This document shows positions 19,173-30,272 of a stretch of 64,000 nucleotides of DNA, one piece after another. The position numbers and the translations under genes were made by a program. This DNA is from Candidatus Bathyarchaeia archaeon. Its GTDB lineage: Archaea; Thermoproteota; Bathyarchaeia; Bathyarchaeales; Bathycorpusculaceae. The notes under the pieces are model-generated. The model was not told where the DNA came from. It did no database searches and saw only the letters and a program-made list of their open reading frames with translations. Numbering within the stretch: the stretch's first letter is position 1; each line of letters begins with the position of its first letter. The stretch is taken from contig JBEKXL010000002.1 in the NCBI GenBank assembly GCA_049512075.1, forward strand, positions 64,001 through 128,000. The letters are read 5' to 3'.

Positions 19173-20507
19173 ATGAGCATTTTGCAAGAAGCTCAGAGGA
19201 TGCTTGAGAAATATCCCCTCTGTGACCGTTGTCTGGGCCGACAATTTGCGCTCCTGGGACATGGCGTTGAGAACGAGGACAGGGGAAGGGCGATAAAACT
19301 GGCGTTGACGCTTGAGGCTCATGCGTTGGCGTTTTCGGAAAGCAAACGGGGCGTGAAGGCTCTCAAGGTTTTGGAGACGAATGGTTTTTCCAAAGTCGCA
19401 AAGGAAATACTCAACAGACTGGGAGAGCACATTGGGGCTGAAGATTATCCGGAAACATGTTTCTTGTGTGAGGGCAAGCTTGATCTTCGTAATGAGTTGG
19501 CGGAGAAAACTCTGGGTCTTCTCAGTGATTACGAGTACAGCAGTTTCCTCGTGGGCGTAGAATTGCCCTTGACAGTTGGCGAACGAGAGGATGAGTTTAG
19601 GGCAGAGTTTGGCGTCAGCCAGGGTGAGAGTCTCCGCAAAGAGTTCGCGAGGACTATCGGTAAAAGAGTTGCAGAGCGGAGCGGGAAGGAAGTAGACTTC
19701 AAAAAGCCAGAGATCGTCGCGCTCGTCGAGCCCTTCTCTGGTCTTGTGAGACTTCAAGTCAACCCTCTCTTCATAGCTGGCCGATACAAAAAACTCGTCA
19801 GGAGCATTCCTCAGTCGAAATGGTTCTGTTCGGGATGCTGGGGGAAAGGTTGCGAGAAATGTAACTGGACTGGAAAAATGTATCCGGAGTCGGTGCAGGA
19901 AATAGTTGAGAAGCCGTTGTTGGAGGCAACAAGTGGTTCAGGTGCTTCGTTTCACGCTTCTGGAAGAGAAGACATCGATGCTCGCATGCTGGGCAACGGC
20001 AGGCCTTTTGTGATTGAAATCGCGGCTCCGAAAAAGCGTTTCCTGGACCTTGAAAAAATGGAAGACGCGGTGAACGCGCATGGGGTGAGCAAGGTCGAGG
20101 TTTCAGGTCTGAGGTTCGCAAATAGAGATGTCGTCAGGAAGTTGAAGGGAGACGAATCTAAGCAGAAAGAATATCGGGTGTTCATAGAATTTGAAAACAA
20201 GATCACGGCCAAGGACATGCGCTTCTTGGAGAAGAGCCTTACAAACGTCATGATTAAACAGAATACCCCTGTTCGCGTTTTGCACAGACGCGCTGATCTG
20301 ACGCGGGAAAGGTACATATACGACGTGGGCGTTAAGAAACTGTCGCCAAGAAAGGCTGAAATGAGATTACGATGCCAAGGAGGGCTCTACGTTAAAGAAT
20401 TGGTTACTGGGGATGAGGGAAGAACGGTGCCCAGCGTTTCAGAACTTCTCAAAAACAAAGCGAAGCCCATGGAACTTGATGTTCTGAACATAATTATGGA
20501 AGATTAG
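19173..20507 (+). CDS. pus10: tRNA pseudouridine(54/55) synthase Pus10
   Basis: LCDRCLGRQF, SGREDIDARMLG, GGLYVKEL. Confidence 0.96.
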   Translation: MSILQEAQRMLEKYPLCDRCLGRQFALLGHGVENEDRGRAIKLALTLEAHALAFSESKRGVKALKVLETNGFSKVAKEILNRLGEHIGAEDYPETCFLCEGKLDLRNELAEKTLGLLSDYEYSSFLVGVELPLTVGEREDEFRAEFGVSQGESLRKEFARTIGKRVAERSGKEVDFKKPEIVALVEPFSGLVRLQVNPLFIAGRYKKLVRSIPQSKWFCSGCWGKGCEKCNWTGKMYPESVQEIVEKPLLEATSGSGASFHASGREDIDARMLGNGRPFVIEIAAPKKRFLDLEKMEDAVNAHGVSKVEVSGLRFANRDVVRKLKGDESKQKEYRVFIEFENKITAKDMRFLEKSLTNVMIKQNTPVRVLHRRADLTRERYIYDVGVKKLSPRKAEMRLRCQGGLYVKELVTGDEGRTVPSVSELLKNKAKPMELDVLNIIMED

Positions 20508-20517
20508 GAGAAGTGTT

Positions 20518-20817
20518 ATGATCAAGAAGTCGAAGGGTTTTCGTTCGAGTGCACGCCGTCTCTTGACAAAGGGGATTAGAGAGCATGGAAAACTGAGGCT
20601 GAGCAAGCTGCTCCATGAGTATCAGCCTGGGACCAGTGTTGTCGTCAAGATAGACTCGAGTGTCCACAAAGGCATGCCGCACAGGCGCTACCACGGGAAA
20701 GTCGGCATTATACTCAACAAGCGGGGACGGAGTTATGTAGTGAGTGTTTCGCAAGGAGACGCTATTAGAGAGATCATTGTCAGACCTGAACATTTGGAAC
20801 CTTGGAAGAGTGATTAG
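20518..20817 (+). CDS. rpl21e: 50S ribosomal protein L21e
   Basis: HKGMPHRRYHGKVG, VRPEHL. Confidence 0.97.
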   Translation: MIKKSKGFRSSARRLLTKGIREHGKLRLSKLLHEYQPGTSVVVKIDSSVHKGMPHRRYHGKVGIILNKRGRSYVVSVSQGDAIREIIVRPEHLEPWKSD

Positions 20818-20818
20818 A

Positions 20819-21157
20819 ATGTCGGAAAAGAGCCTGACCGAAAAGAAACTGAGTCTCCCCCAGGTTAAGAAGCTGCTGGAGTCTATAGGTGAAGCAAACC
20901 TTGATCAGCTACAGCGCCGTACGTTCGATTACGTGTCAAAGTTTTCGAAAACCGACCCCGAATCTGCCATAAAACTGGTTGGAAAACTCGTGGCAGATTA
21001 CGGTCTAGACGAGGTAGAGGCAGTGCAAATAGTCAACTGCATGCCCAAGAGTATTGAAGAGTTGAGAGTGTTTCTGGCGGGTGGACGAAAAATCATCGAG
21101 ACAGCCAAACTAGAAGCTATAGTGAACTTGTTGGATGAACATCGAAAATTGAAATAG
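20819..21157 (+). CDS. rpo4: RNA polymerase subunit Rpo4 (F)
   Basis: DYVSKFSK, QIVNCMPKSIEELR; conserved position after rpl21e. Confidence 0.92.
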   Translation: MSEKSLTEKKLSLPQVKKLLESIGEANLDQLQRRTFDYVSKFSKTDPESAIKLVGKLVADYGLDEVEAVQIVNCMPKSIEELRVFLAGGRKIIETAKLEAIVNLLDEHRKLK

Positions 21158-21208
21158 GCTGGTCGATGCTAACTATTTTAAGCAATAAGAGACTAAATAG
21201 AGGAAATT

Positions 21209-21784
21209 ATGACGATGATGGAGAAGCGGTACGAAGAGTTCGCTCGTATCTTGGACTTTCTGCAGCACGGTCGCCCTGGGGTGCACGTTTCAGGACGAGC
21301 CGGCTACCGAGCGGGAGCTTTGGTCCAGTTGGTGGGCGAAGAGTTCTTCACCCTTCTAGAGGCATTGGTTAAGGAAGGCATGATACTAAAGCCTCATGAT
21401 CGTGTTTTCGTTGGCAAGGAGGCCCGTGAAGAAATAACGTACATTATCGGTCGAATAAGCTATGATGAGTTAACCGCAGCCGCCAAAACAGAGCTTCCAA
21501 CGGTGATCAACGAGATCGTGCTGAACCGTGAGAAGTGGTTCGTTCAATTCTTCAACACTGCACGGGCTGTCACACCGAGGATGCACGCTTTGGAGCTGGT
21601 TCCAGGAATAGGCAAAAAATACATGTGGCAGGTTATAAATGAACGAGAGAAGAAACCTTTTGAGAGTTTTGAAGAATTACAGAAACGCACGGAATTGCCT
21701 AACCCGGTTAAATTGATAACAAAGAGAGTAATGGAAGAGTTGGGTGGCGACAGCAAGTATCGACTATTCACGAGGGCACAATAG
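21209..21784 (+). CDS. DUF655 putative RNA-binding protein
   Basis: FTLLE, RMHALELVPGIGKK; conserved synteny. Confidence 0.92.
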   Translation: MTMMEKRYEEFARILDFLQHGRPGVHVSGRAGYRAGALVQLVGEEFFTLLEALVKEGMILKPHDRVFVGKEAREEITYIIGRISYDELTAAAKTELPTVINEIVLNREKWFVQFFNTARAVTPRMHALELVPGIGKKYMWQVINEREKKPFESFEELQKRTELPNPVKLITKRVMEELGGDSKYRLFTRAQ

Positions 21785-21810
21785 CCCAATCCATCGTCTA
21801 GCGGGGTAGA

Positions 21811-22632
21811 ATGAGTCTCCTAGAAGAAACGAAGTCTCTGCTTCGAAGATATCGAATTGAGCCGAAGAAGACTTTAGGCCAAAACTTCATGGTTGAATCA
21901 CAAGTTTTTCAAAAGATGGTCCACTACGCCTCACTCGATTGTGATGATACGGTGTTGGAGATAGGTGCTGGGCTGGGTTTCTTGACTCGTTTCCTGAGCG
22001 GGAAATGCAAGAAGGTTCTTGCAGTTGAAGTTGACGCGAGGCTTGTTAGCATTTTGCGTGAACAGCTTAGCTGCGCATCCAACGTGAAAATAATCGAAGG
22101 CAACGTTCTCAGGATCACTCTCCCTTCATTCAACAAAATCGTTTCAATTCCGCCCTATCAAATCTCGTCCCGTCTACTCGTATGGCTATTCAAAAGGGAC
22201 TTCGACTGTGCAGTCTTGGTTTTTCAAAAGGAATTTGCAGATCGGCTTATGGCCACTGTTGGAAGTGAAGACTACGGATGGTTGACGGTTTTCACGTACT
22301 ATCATGCACAAGTTGAGCTTCTGGATGAGATTCCCAAATCTATGTTTTATCCACATCCAAAAATAGATTCAACCATAGCATGCCTGAGGCCAAAGAAACC
22401 ACGGCCATCTCTGCTAAGGAATGAGGCATCCTTCCAACGCCTCCTTCAAGTTCTCTTTACGCGGCGCAATAGGACGGTTAGAAACGCAGTTCTGACATAC
22501 CTAAAGTATGGACGTGGTGCAACAAAGGAAGACGTGGTCAAAATTGCTGATTCTCTCCCTCTGGGCAGCAAGCGAGTGCGGGAACTTGCACCCGAAGATT
22601 TCGGAGCATTAGCTAATGCGATTGTCAAGTAG
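21811..22632 (+). CDS. rsmA: 16S rRNA m6,2A dimethyltransferase
   Basis: LGQNF, EIGAGLG, PYQISS, QKEFADR. Confidence 0.95.
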   Translation: MSLLEETKSLLRRYRIEPKKTLGQNFMVESQVFQKMVHYASLDCDDTVLEIGAGLGFLTRFLSGKCKKVLAVEVDARLVSILREQLSCASNVKIIEGNVLRITLPSFNKIVSIPPYQISSRLLVWLFKRDFDCAVLVFQKEFADRLMATVGSEDYGWLTVFTYYHAQVELLDEIPKSMFYPHPKIDSTIACLRPKKPRPSLLRNEASFQRLLQVLFTRRNRTVRNAVLTYLKYGRGATKEDVVKIADSLPLGSKRVRELAPEDFGALANAIVK

Positions 22633-23233
22633 GGTGGTCTTTGCCGACTGTGTTTTCAACATCTTGGAAAACGTTTACGAGCCGGCCGAGGATTCTTTCC
22701 TCTTTGCTGAAAACTTGAGGGTTAGAGGTGGCTGTAAGGTCGTTGACATGGGCACTGGTTGCGGGATATTGGGCGTGATTGCAGCGAAGAAGGCAAATAG
22801 GGTGATTGCGATTGATGTAAATCCCTACGCTGTCAAATGCGCGAAGAATAACTCGGAGATCAATGGTGTTGGCAATCACATGTCTTTTATTCAAGGAGAT
22901 CTGTTTGCGCCCCTCAGAACTAGAAAAGAATTCGATCTAATCCTATTCAACGCTCCGTACCTGCCATCAGAAGAGAATGAAAAGGACTCTTGGATGGGGT
23001 GGGCTTGGGCTGGAGGTGTTTCTGGAAGAAACGTGATTGACAGGTTCCTTTGTGAAGCTCCAAAATATCTTAGACCCGGCGGAGAAATCATGTTGATGCA
23101 ATCAACGCTTTCTAATGTGGAGCAGACTTTACGCCTTCTCGAGGAGAGAGGCTTGGAGGCAAACGTTATTGCGAAGCAAGATCTTCCATTCTTTGAGTCG
23201 ATAGTCCTTGTCAGAGGAGTGTGCAGCTCGTGA
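22616..23233 (+). CDS. HemK/PrmC-like methyltransferase
   Basis: VYEPAEDS, DMGTGCG, FNAPY. Confidence 0.92.
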   Translation: MRLSSRVVFADCVFNILENVYEPAEDSFLFAENLRVRGGCKVVDMGTGCGILGVIAAKKANRVIAIDVNPYAVKCAKNNSEINGVGNHMSFIQGDLFAPLRTRKEFDLILFNAPYLPSEENEKDSWMGWAWAGGVSGRNVIDRFLCEAPKYLRPGGEIMLMQSTLSNVEQTLRLLEERGLEANVIAKQDLPFFESIVLVRGVCSS

Positions 23234-23274
23234 AACGTGCAGGCCTATCAAAAATTGACAAGAAATGAAGAGGG

Positions 23275-26073
23275 TTGAGTTTGGCGACAAAATCTTGGCA
23301 CGCATTGAGTCCGGAAGAAACATTGAAGGAATTGAACTCCTCTGAACATGGTTTGAGTCAGGCAGAAGTGCAGAAACGCTTGGCCGAATATGGTATGAAC
23401 GAACTGCAGAAAGAAAGAGGGCCTTCTCCCGTAAAGATGTTCTTAAAACAATTCAAAGATATACTAATCATCATATTGCTGGTCGCCACAGCGCTTTCGA
23501 TTGCCACTAATGAAATTGTAGACGCTGTGGTTATAATTGCCATAGTTATAGCCACCGCGGTTTTAGGATTCGTGAACGAATTCCGTTCGGAGAAAGCTGT
23601 TGAAGCTCTGAAGAGGATGACGGCGCCAACCGCAACAGTACTGCGAGATGGGAAAGAAGTGAAGGTTGTTGCGAGTGAGATTGTTCCTGGCGATGTTGTT
23701 CTCTTATTCACGGGGGATAAGGTTCCGGCCGATGCGCGACTCATCGAATCCGTGAACTTGAAGGTGGATGAAGCTTCGCTGACCGGAGAGTCATCTCCTG
23801 TTAACAAGAATGTTGATGCTTGTGCTAAGGGACTCCCGATAAATGACCGGCGAAGCATGGCCTTTGCTGGAACAGTGGTAGTTTTCGGTCGAGGCAAGGC
23901 AGTTGCCACGTCAACAGGTATGAACACAGAGTTTGGAAAAATCGCCAAAATGGTCCAGCTGAGCACCGAAAAGGAAACACCGCTTGAGAAGAGAACTCGG
24001 TCTATCGGCAAGTGGATCGGCATCTTATGCGTTGCAATCTGTCTCGGTGTAGGTGCGATTGGCTTTGTAGAAGGAAACAAGATACTTGACATGATATTGT
24101 GGGGCATCAGTCTGGCTGTGGCAGCCGTTCCTGAAGCCCTGCCTGCAATAGTAACCGGCGCACTTGCCGTGGGTATGTACCGAATGGCAAAGGTGAACAC
24201 GATAGTGAAGAAGCTGCCTGCTGTAGAGACGTTGGGCTGCACTGGCGTCATATGCTCTGACAAGACTGGAACCATGACAAAAGGCGAAATGACTGTGCAG
24301 AGAATCTATCTCGATAATCAAAGCTTCAAAGTCTCAGGAGTTGGCTACGAGCCCGAGGGAGAATTCCTCTTCGAGGACCGGAAGATAGAACCGGAAGAGG
24401 GGCTCCGCACACTCTTGATTGCTGCGGTCTTGTGCAATGACGCCAAACTGGAAAAAGACACTGCGTCGGAAAGATGGGCTGTCAAAGGAGACCCCACCGA
24501 AGGAGCACTAGTCGTCGCAGCGGCAAAAGCAGATTTGTGGAAGGAAGAGCTAGAAGGGCAACAACCCCGCATAGGTGAGCTGCCGTTCTCTTCTGAGACA
24601 AAGCGCATGACAACCATGCACATCGTTTCTGGCAAGAAGAAAATAGCATACATGAAAGGGGCCCCTGAAATAGTTCTCAGCAAATGTACAAGAGTCTTTG
24701 CAAACGGAAAGGCGGCCAAACTGACCGATAGTGGTAGGGCCAGCATTCTCTCCGTGAATGAAGCCATGGCTAGACAAGCCCTGAGGAACTTGGGCATTGC
24801 ATTCAGGCAGCTGCCTGACACAGTAGAGGCTTGCGACGAAAGAATCGAGAAAGGCTTCACCTTCTTGGGCATCGTGGGCATGATTGATCCGCCCCGCGAC
24901 GAAGTCAAAGACGCAATATCCACCTGCAAAAGAGCCGGTATAAACGTCGTGATGGTCACAGGAGACCACAAGCTCACCGCAGTAGCCGCGGCCAAAGAGC
25001 TCAACCTGCTTGGCGAAAATGAAGAAGAAGGAAAAGTTCTCACAGGCACAGAATTGGAAACGCTGACCGATGAACAATTAGCCGCCATGGTGGACAAAGT
25101 TGTAATCTATGCACGTGTTTCGCCTGAACACAAGATGAGAATCGTCAAGGCTTGGAAAGCTAAGAGCAAAGTCGTGGCGATGACTGGAGATGGAGTTAAC
25201 GACGCTCCCGCGTTGAAAATGGCTGACATAGGCGTTTCGATGGGTGTAACCGGAACCGAGGTAACCAAAGAAGCGTCGGACATGATATTGACAGACGACA
25301 ACTTTGCCTCTATAGTAAAGGCGGTGAGAGAAGGGCGCGAAATCTACGACAACATCAAGAAATGCCTGACTTACCTGATGCGATGCAACATAATGGAAAT
25401 CCTAGTAATGTTCATTGCAGTAATCTCCGTCCCATTTCTAGCAAGGATGAACTCGTCAGCAACAGATGCCGCCGTGGTAAGCAGCGCAACGATAGCGTTG
25501 ACCGCGGCGCAACTTCTATGGGTAAACCTGACCACCGATGGGTTGCCCGCAATTGCGTTAGGCATTGACCCCGCCGACCCGGACATTATGGACAGAAAAC
25601 CGCGTGATCCAAACGAGAGCATCTTCACACCGGAAGTCAAAGCCTACATGTCTCTGGTACCGATACTGATGACAGCTCTGCTCCTGTTCGGATACTTCTA
25701 TTATCAACCATGGCTGCCGCCTACGCTGGACATATCTGGCAAAGTGATATACAACCCGCTGCTTGAAGCTCGAACACAGTTGCTTACGTCCATGATCCTT
25801 ATGGAATTAGCCAATGCCATATCGGCACGATCACTAAATTACCCCATTTGGAAGGTAGGCGCGTTTAAGAACAAGCTCCTGTGGTTCGCTGTTGCCTTAT
25901 CTTTCATCCTTCAACTCTTCGTACTCTACACGCCAGGCGTCAACTCAGTTTTCGCCGTGGCCGCCCCCGAACCGCTTGACTGGGCGTTTGCGATACTGTT
26001 CACGGCGATAACCTTCGGTTCACTGGAGACTGCAAAGTGGATAAGAAGCAGGAGACGCAGGAAACAGGGTTAG
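23275..26073 (+). CDS. Type II cation-transporting P-type ATPase
   Basis: DKTGT, TGES, PEAL, GDGVNDAPAL. Confidence 0.96.
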   Translation: MSLATKSWHALSPEETLKELNSSEHGLSQAEVQKRLAEYGMNELQKERGPSPVKMFLKQFKDILIIILLVATALSIATNEIVDAVVIIAIVIATAVLGFVNEFRSEKAVEALKRMTAPTATVLRDGKEVKVVASEIVPGDVVLLFTGDKVPADARLIESVNLKVDEASLTGESSPVNKNVDACAKGLPINDRRSMAFAGTVVVFGRGKAVATSTGMNTEFGKIAKMVQLSTEKETPLEKRTRSIGKWIGILCVAICLGVGAIGFVEGNKILDMILWGISLAVAAVPEALPAIVTGALAVGMYRMAKVNTIVKKLPAVETLGCTGVICSDKTGTMTKGEMTVQRIYLDNQSFKVSGVGYEPEGEFLFEDRKIEPEEGLRTLLIAAVLCNDAKLEKDTASERWAVKGDPTEGALVVAAAKADLWKEELEGQQPRIGELPFSSETKRMTTMHIVSGKKKIAYMKGAPEIVLSKCTRVFANGKAAKLTDSGRASILSVNEAMARQALRNLGIAFRQLPDTVEACDERIEKGFTFLGIVGMIDPPRDEVKDAISTCKRAGINVVMVTGDHKLTAVAAAKELNLLGENEEEGKVLTGTELETLTDEQLAAMVDKVVIYARVSPEHKMRIVKAWKAKSKVVAMTGDGVNDAPALKMADIGVSMGVTGTEVTKEASDMILTDDNFASIVKAVREGREIYDNIKKCLTYLMRCNIMEILVMFIAVISVPFLARMNSSATDAAVVSSATIALTAAQLLWVNLTTDGLPAIALGIDPADPDIMDRKPRDPNESIFTPEVKAYMSLVPILMTALLLFGYFYYQPWLPPTLDISGKVIYNPLLEARTQLLTSMILMELANAISARSLNYPIWKVGAFKNKLLWFAVALSFILQLFVLYTPGVNSVFAVAAPEPLDWAFAILFTAITFGSLETAKWIRSRRRRKQG

Positions 26074-26138
26074 AAAGACTTAAATTTGAAACGATGTGAA
26101 AAAAGCTTCTAACAACAGAAATTGAAGGCCGAAAAGAA

Positions 26139-26714
26139 ATGAGCGAGAAATTGGCAAATCCAGCGCCGCTTGGACTGTTAGCCTTCGGACTAACAACCGT
26201 TCTGCTGAATCTGAGCAACGCTGGCATTTTTACAAACGGTCTTAGCATGATATTGGCAATGGGCATAGCTTACGGTGGCCTAGCTCAGATCATAGCTGGA
26301 GCGATGGAATTTAGGAAGGGAAATACGTTTGGCACAGTTGCATTCTCTTCCTATGGCTTCTTTTGGTGGTCTCTTGTCCTCCTTCTGTTACTTCCAAAGG
26401 TTTCGGGTCTCGGGTTTCTAGCACCCGAAGCAAACGCTATGGCAGCGTATTTCTTCATGTGGGGCCTGTTCACCTTCGTGATGTTCTTTGGGACGTTGAA
26501 AGCAAACCGGGCAATCCAGTTTGTTTTCATGAGCCTGGCAATTCTGTTCTTCCTTCTGACTGCTCATGAGTTGACTAATGACGCAACGCTGGGCACAATA
26601 ACAGGCTACGAGGGGGTCATTTGCGGACTGAGCGCCGTATATCTAGGCTTGGCTGAGGTGTTGAACGAGGCTCATGGAAAGGCTTTCCTGCCCATAGGTC
26701 CTATGAACAAATAG
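26139..26714 (+). CDS. satP: Acetate uptake transporter (GPR1/FUN34/YaaH-SatP family)
   Basis: ANPAPLGL and SYGFFW; adjacent to acs. Confidence 0.92.
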   Translation: MSEKLANPAPLGLLAFGLTTVLLNLSNAGIFTNGLSMILAMGIAYGGLAQIIAGAMEFRKGNTFGTVAFSSYGFFWWSLVLLLLLPKVSGLGFLAPEANAMAAYFFMWGLFTFVMFFGTLKANRAIQFVFMSLAILFFLLTAHELTNDATLGTITGYEGVICGLSAVYLGLAEVLNEAHGKAFLPIGPMNK

Positions 26715-26798
26715 ATGCCTTCACCTTCCTATTTTCAGCCAAAAACGTTTATATTTCTGAAAGGGCGTTTGTCCACGAACTTCACGGAAGGATGAAAC

Positions 26799-28739
26799 AT
26801 GTCGGAAGCCAGTTTGCCATTCAATGATAAGGTGTATCCGGAAAGCAAGTTGAAAGAAGAATGGGAGAAATCCATAAAGAACCCGCAGGAGTTTTGGGCT
26901 GAAAAGGCTAAAGCCATCGATTGGTTCAAGACATGTGACAAGGTTCTGGACGATTCCAACCGACCCTTCTACAAATGGTTCTCAGGTGGCGTTCTGAACA
27001 TATGCTACAACGCGCTTGACAGACATTTGAAAACATCCAGGAAGAATATGCTGGCCTATATTTGGGAAGGGGAAGATGGAGAAGTTAGGACTTATTCGTT
27101 CTATCAACTTTATCGCGAGGTAAACAAGCTCGCAAAAATCTTCAAAGATCTGGGGCTCAACAAAGGCGACAGAGTGGCTGTCTATCTGCCGATGATCCCG
27201 GAGCTTCCGATCACGCTGCTCGCATGTGCTCGAATAGGCGCCGTTCACACAGTGGTCTTTTCAGGTTTCAGCGCAGAGTCCCTTGCGGACAGGATGAACG
27301 ATTCAGGAGCAAAGCTTCTGGTGACTGCTGACGGTGCTTATCGCCGTGGAAAGACGATGACTCTCAAGGACACTGCGGATCGTGCATTGCAGAGTGCGCC
27401 CGGCGTCCAAAAAATGGTCGTTGTCAAGAGAACTGGACAGGATGTTCCCATGAAAGAAGGAAGAGACGTCTGGTACAATGAGGCAATGAGCAAAGTCGAA
27501 CCAAATGCGTACGTTGCGCCTGAGCCCATGGAAGCCACAGAACCTCTGTTCATTCTGTACACGTCTGGAACTACAGGCAAGCCCAAGGGGATCCAGCATG
27601 GCATCGGAGGCTACCTAGTCTGGGCGTACTGGACTCTCAAGTGGGGTTTCAACCCTAACGAGGAGGACATTTGGTGGTGTACAGCCGACATAGGCTGGAT
27701 CACCGGGCACACGTACAACGTTTATGCTCCATTAGCATTGGGAGTGACCTCGCTGATTTTCGAGGGAACACCAGACTATCCAGCTCAGGACAGATGGTGG
27801 GAGATAATCGAGAAGCACGGAGTGACAATACTCTACACTACTCCCACAGCGATTAGGATGTTCATGAAGTTCGGCGAGCAATGGGCAACGAAACACGACA
27901 TCAGCTCCCTTAGACTCTTGGGAACAGTCGGAGAACCGATAAACCCCGAAGCGTGGAAATGGTACCACCGCATCATAGGAAAAGGAAAACTGCCCATCAT
28001 AGACACTTGGTGGCAGACCGAAACGGGCGGATTCATGATAGCCCCGCTTTCAGGCCTAGAACTCGTGCCCTTGAAACCCGGGTCAGCCACAAACCCTTTG
28101 CCCAGCGTCTACGCAGAGGTCTATGATGAAAACGGGCAACCGACGCCGACGGGCACGAAAGGATTCCTGGTGATCAAAACCCCTTGGCCCGGAATGCTTG
28201 AAACAATATGGAAGGATCCTGAAAGGTACAAGCAAACCTACTTCGGAAGATGGCCGAACATCTACTACTCAGGCGATTACGCAGTGAAGGATCCAGAGGG
28301 CTACTTCTGGCTGCTCGGGAGAGCTGATGAAGTGTTGAAGGTGGCCGGGCACAGGATAGGCACTGTCGAACTTGAAAGCGCGCTCGTATCACACCCCGCT
28401 GTTTCGGAGGCAGCGGTTATGGGTAAAGAAGATGCGCTCAAAGGCGAAGTTCCAGTAGCCTTCGTCACGTTGAGAAGCGGCTTCCAACCGTCAGACGAGC
28501 TGCGGGCCGACCTTGTGAAACACATAAGAAACACCATAGGCCCAATAGCAACACCAGACGCAATCGTAATCGTAAACAGGCTTCCCAAGACGCGGAGTGG
28601 GAAAATCATGAGAAGGCTCCTGAAGGCAGTGCTAGCCGGCGCAGCCTTAGGCGACGTCTCAACCCTGGAAGACGAAGCTTCAGTCGACGAGATCAAAGCA
28701 ACATACGATGAACTGAAAAGGCAACTCGAAAAGAAGTAG
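26799..28739 (+). CDS. acs: AMP-forming acetyl-CoA synthetase
   Basis: YTSGTTGKPKG, DTWWQTETG, LPKTRSGKIMRR. Confidence 0.97.
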   Translation: MSEASLPFNDKVYPESKLKEEWEKSIKNPQEFWAEKAKAIDWFKTCDKVLDDSNRPFYKWFSGGVLNICYNALDRHLKTSRKNMLAYIWEGEDGEVRTYSFYQLYREVNKLAKIFKDLGLNKGDRVAVYLPMIPELPITLLACARIGAVHTVVFSGFSAESLADRMNDSGAKLLVTADGAYRRGKTMTLKDTADRALQSAPGVQKMVVVKRTGQDVPMKEGRDVWYNEAMSKVEPNAYVAPEPMEATEPLFILYTSGTTGKPKGIQHGIGGYLVWAYWTLKWGFNPNEEDIWWCTADIGWITGHTYNVYAPLALGVTSLIFEGTPDYPAQDRWWEIIEKHGVTILYTTPTAIRMFMKFGEQWATKHDISSLRLLGTVGEPINPEAWKWYHRIIGKGKLPIIDTWWQTETGGFMIAPLSGLELVPLKPGSATNPLPSVYAEVYDENGQPTPTGTKGFLVIKTPWPGMLETIWKDPERYKQTYFGRWPNIYYSGDYAVKDPEGYFWLLGRADEVLKVAGHRIGTVELESALVSHPAVSEAAVMGKEDALKGEVPVAFVTLRSGFQPSDELRADLVKHIRNTIGPIATPDAIVIVNRLPKTRSGKIMRRLLKAVLAGAALGDVSTLEDEASVDEIKATYDELKRQLEKK

Positions 28740-28835
28740 CATCCACTTCATCTCTTTTTCCATTCTAGACGGTGCCAGTGTAATCTCAAGAGTTCATGGA
28801 GAAGTCAGTTTGTCAGCTGTACCCACCGTGCTTTT

Positions 28836-30128
28836 TTATGGGTAGAATCTTCTGGTGGTCCTTGGGAAGGGTATGGCGTCTATTATGTTGTCCAGATCAA
28901 GCATCCATGTTATCAGTCTTTCTAGTCCCATTCCGAACCCGACGTGCGGTACAGTTCCGTAGCGTCGCAGGTCGATGTACCAGTCATAGTCTTCTTCTTT
29001 CAGTCCTAGTTCTTTAAGTCTTGCAACGAGTTTTTCCTTGTCATCTTCTCTCGCACCGCCGGTGGATATTTCCCCTATTCTTGGAACAAGCATGTCGGTT
29101 GACATGGCTAGGTCCGGTTTGTCCCTGTGGATCTTGCAGTAGAAGGCTTTGATCTGCTTGGGATAGTCGTATATGAAGAAGGGTTTGCCGAAGTCGTCTG
29201 CGAGAGCCTTCTCTTCTTCGTATCCGAGATCGTCCCCCCATTTTGTCTTGAAGTTCTTCGCGTTCAGCTTTTCGATTGCTTCCGTGTATGTTATTTTCGG
29301 GAAGGGCGTCTTCACCGAAGCGAGTTTTGCAAGGTCTGCGCCCAATTCTTGAAACTCTGGTTTGCAGGTCTCAACGGTTCGCCGGCAAATGTGGGCCAGG
29401 AGCTCTTCTTCCAGCCGTGTTAAGTCGTTCATGTCTGCGAAGGCTTGTTCGGCTTCGATGTGCCAATACTCGGTCAGGTGCCTGATAGTTCGGCTCTTCT
29501 CTGCCCTGAAGGATGGAGCTATGCAGTAGACTTTTTCCAGCGAGTATATCAAGATCTCAAGGTATAACTGGGCGCTTTGGGTCAGGTACATGTTCTGGTC
29601 AAAGTACTTCAAGCCGAAGAGCGTTGAACCGCCTTCGCAAGCGCTCGTAATAAACATTGGTGGAGAGACTTCGGTGAATTTCTGGTTCTCAAAGAATTCA
29701 CGCGTGAACTTTTGCACCTGGCTTCGCACTTTCATCACTAGGCTCATCTTGCGGCTTCGAAGCCACAGGTGACGCACATCGCGCAAGAACTCTTCGCTCT
29801 TATCTTTCGTTATTGGAAAGAGGTCGGCCAAGCCTATTATCGCCATTTTTTCTGTGACAACTTCATACCCGCCCGCAGCGCGTGCATCTTTCCTCACAAC
29901 CCCTTCCAGCGCCAGTGAAGATTCGATCGTGATCTTCTCAGCATCTTCCCAAGCCTGGCTCTCTTTCTTGACTGGGCATTGGATGATTCCAGTTGAGTCA
30001 CGTATCAGTAGGAATACTGTCTGTTTTCCCTCTCTCTTGCGGTAGATCCACCCTCTAATCGCGATTCTCTGGTCTTCAAATCCCCCAGAAAGAACCCGTT
30101 GAATCGGCGTGAAGCTCATACGTGTCAA
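28836..30128 (-). CDS. asnS: Asparaginyl-tRNA synthetase
   Basis: OB fold, CEGGSTLF, YLTQSAQLYLE, FRAEKSRT, PHVGFGMGLERL. Confidence 0.9.
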   Translation of the reverse strand: MTRMSFTPIQRVLSGGFEDQRIAIRGWIYRKREGKQTVFLLIRDSTGIIQCPVKKESQAWEDAEKITIESSLALEGVVRKDARAAGGYEVVTEKMAIIGLADLFPITKDKSEEFLRDVRHLWLRSRKMSLVMKVRSQVQKFTREFFENQKFTEVSPPMFITSACEGGSTLFGLKYFDQNMYLTQSAQLYLEILIYSLEKVYCIAPSFRAEKSRTIRHLTEYWHIEAEQAFADMNDLTRLEEELLAHICRRTVETCKPEFQELGADLAKLASVKTPFPKITYTEAIEKLNAKNFKTKWGDDLGYEEEKALADDFGKPFFIYDYPKQIKAFYCKIHRDKPDLAMSTDMLVPRIGEISTGGAREDDKEKLVARLKELGLKEEDYDWYIDLRRYGTVPHVGFGMGLERLITWMLDLDNIIDAIPFPRTTRRFYP

Positions 30129-30172
30129 CCTTCTCTTCCAATACTGTTTGCAGACCTAAAAATCTATCCTGA

Positions 30173-30272
30173 ATTAGCGCGCGCTAATCGATTTGTTACG
30201 TTTGATGTTTCTCCCAACATTCCAAAAAGCTATCACAGTTTGCTACTGTTACGTTTTGGAGTTGTGAAGAAG
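30173..30272. repeat. Dispersed ~100-bp repeat, copy A (starts with perfect 16-bp palindrome ATTAGCGCGCGCTAAT)
   Basis: Aligns with 34151-34250; contains two TGTTACGTTT boxes. Confidence 0.85.

Noticed and set aside
28377-28384. AGCGCGCT inside acs (likewise GCGCGC at ~31638, 32533, 60320, 62441)
   Set aside because: Short runs within intact reading frames, explained by Ala/Arg codons; not counted as linkers.
17945-29772. Many antisense/overlapping ORFs (e.g. 18936-19757, 23358-24275, 24345-25097)
   Set aside because: Shadows of well-supported housekeeping genes with no recognisable motifs.
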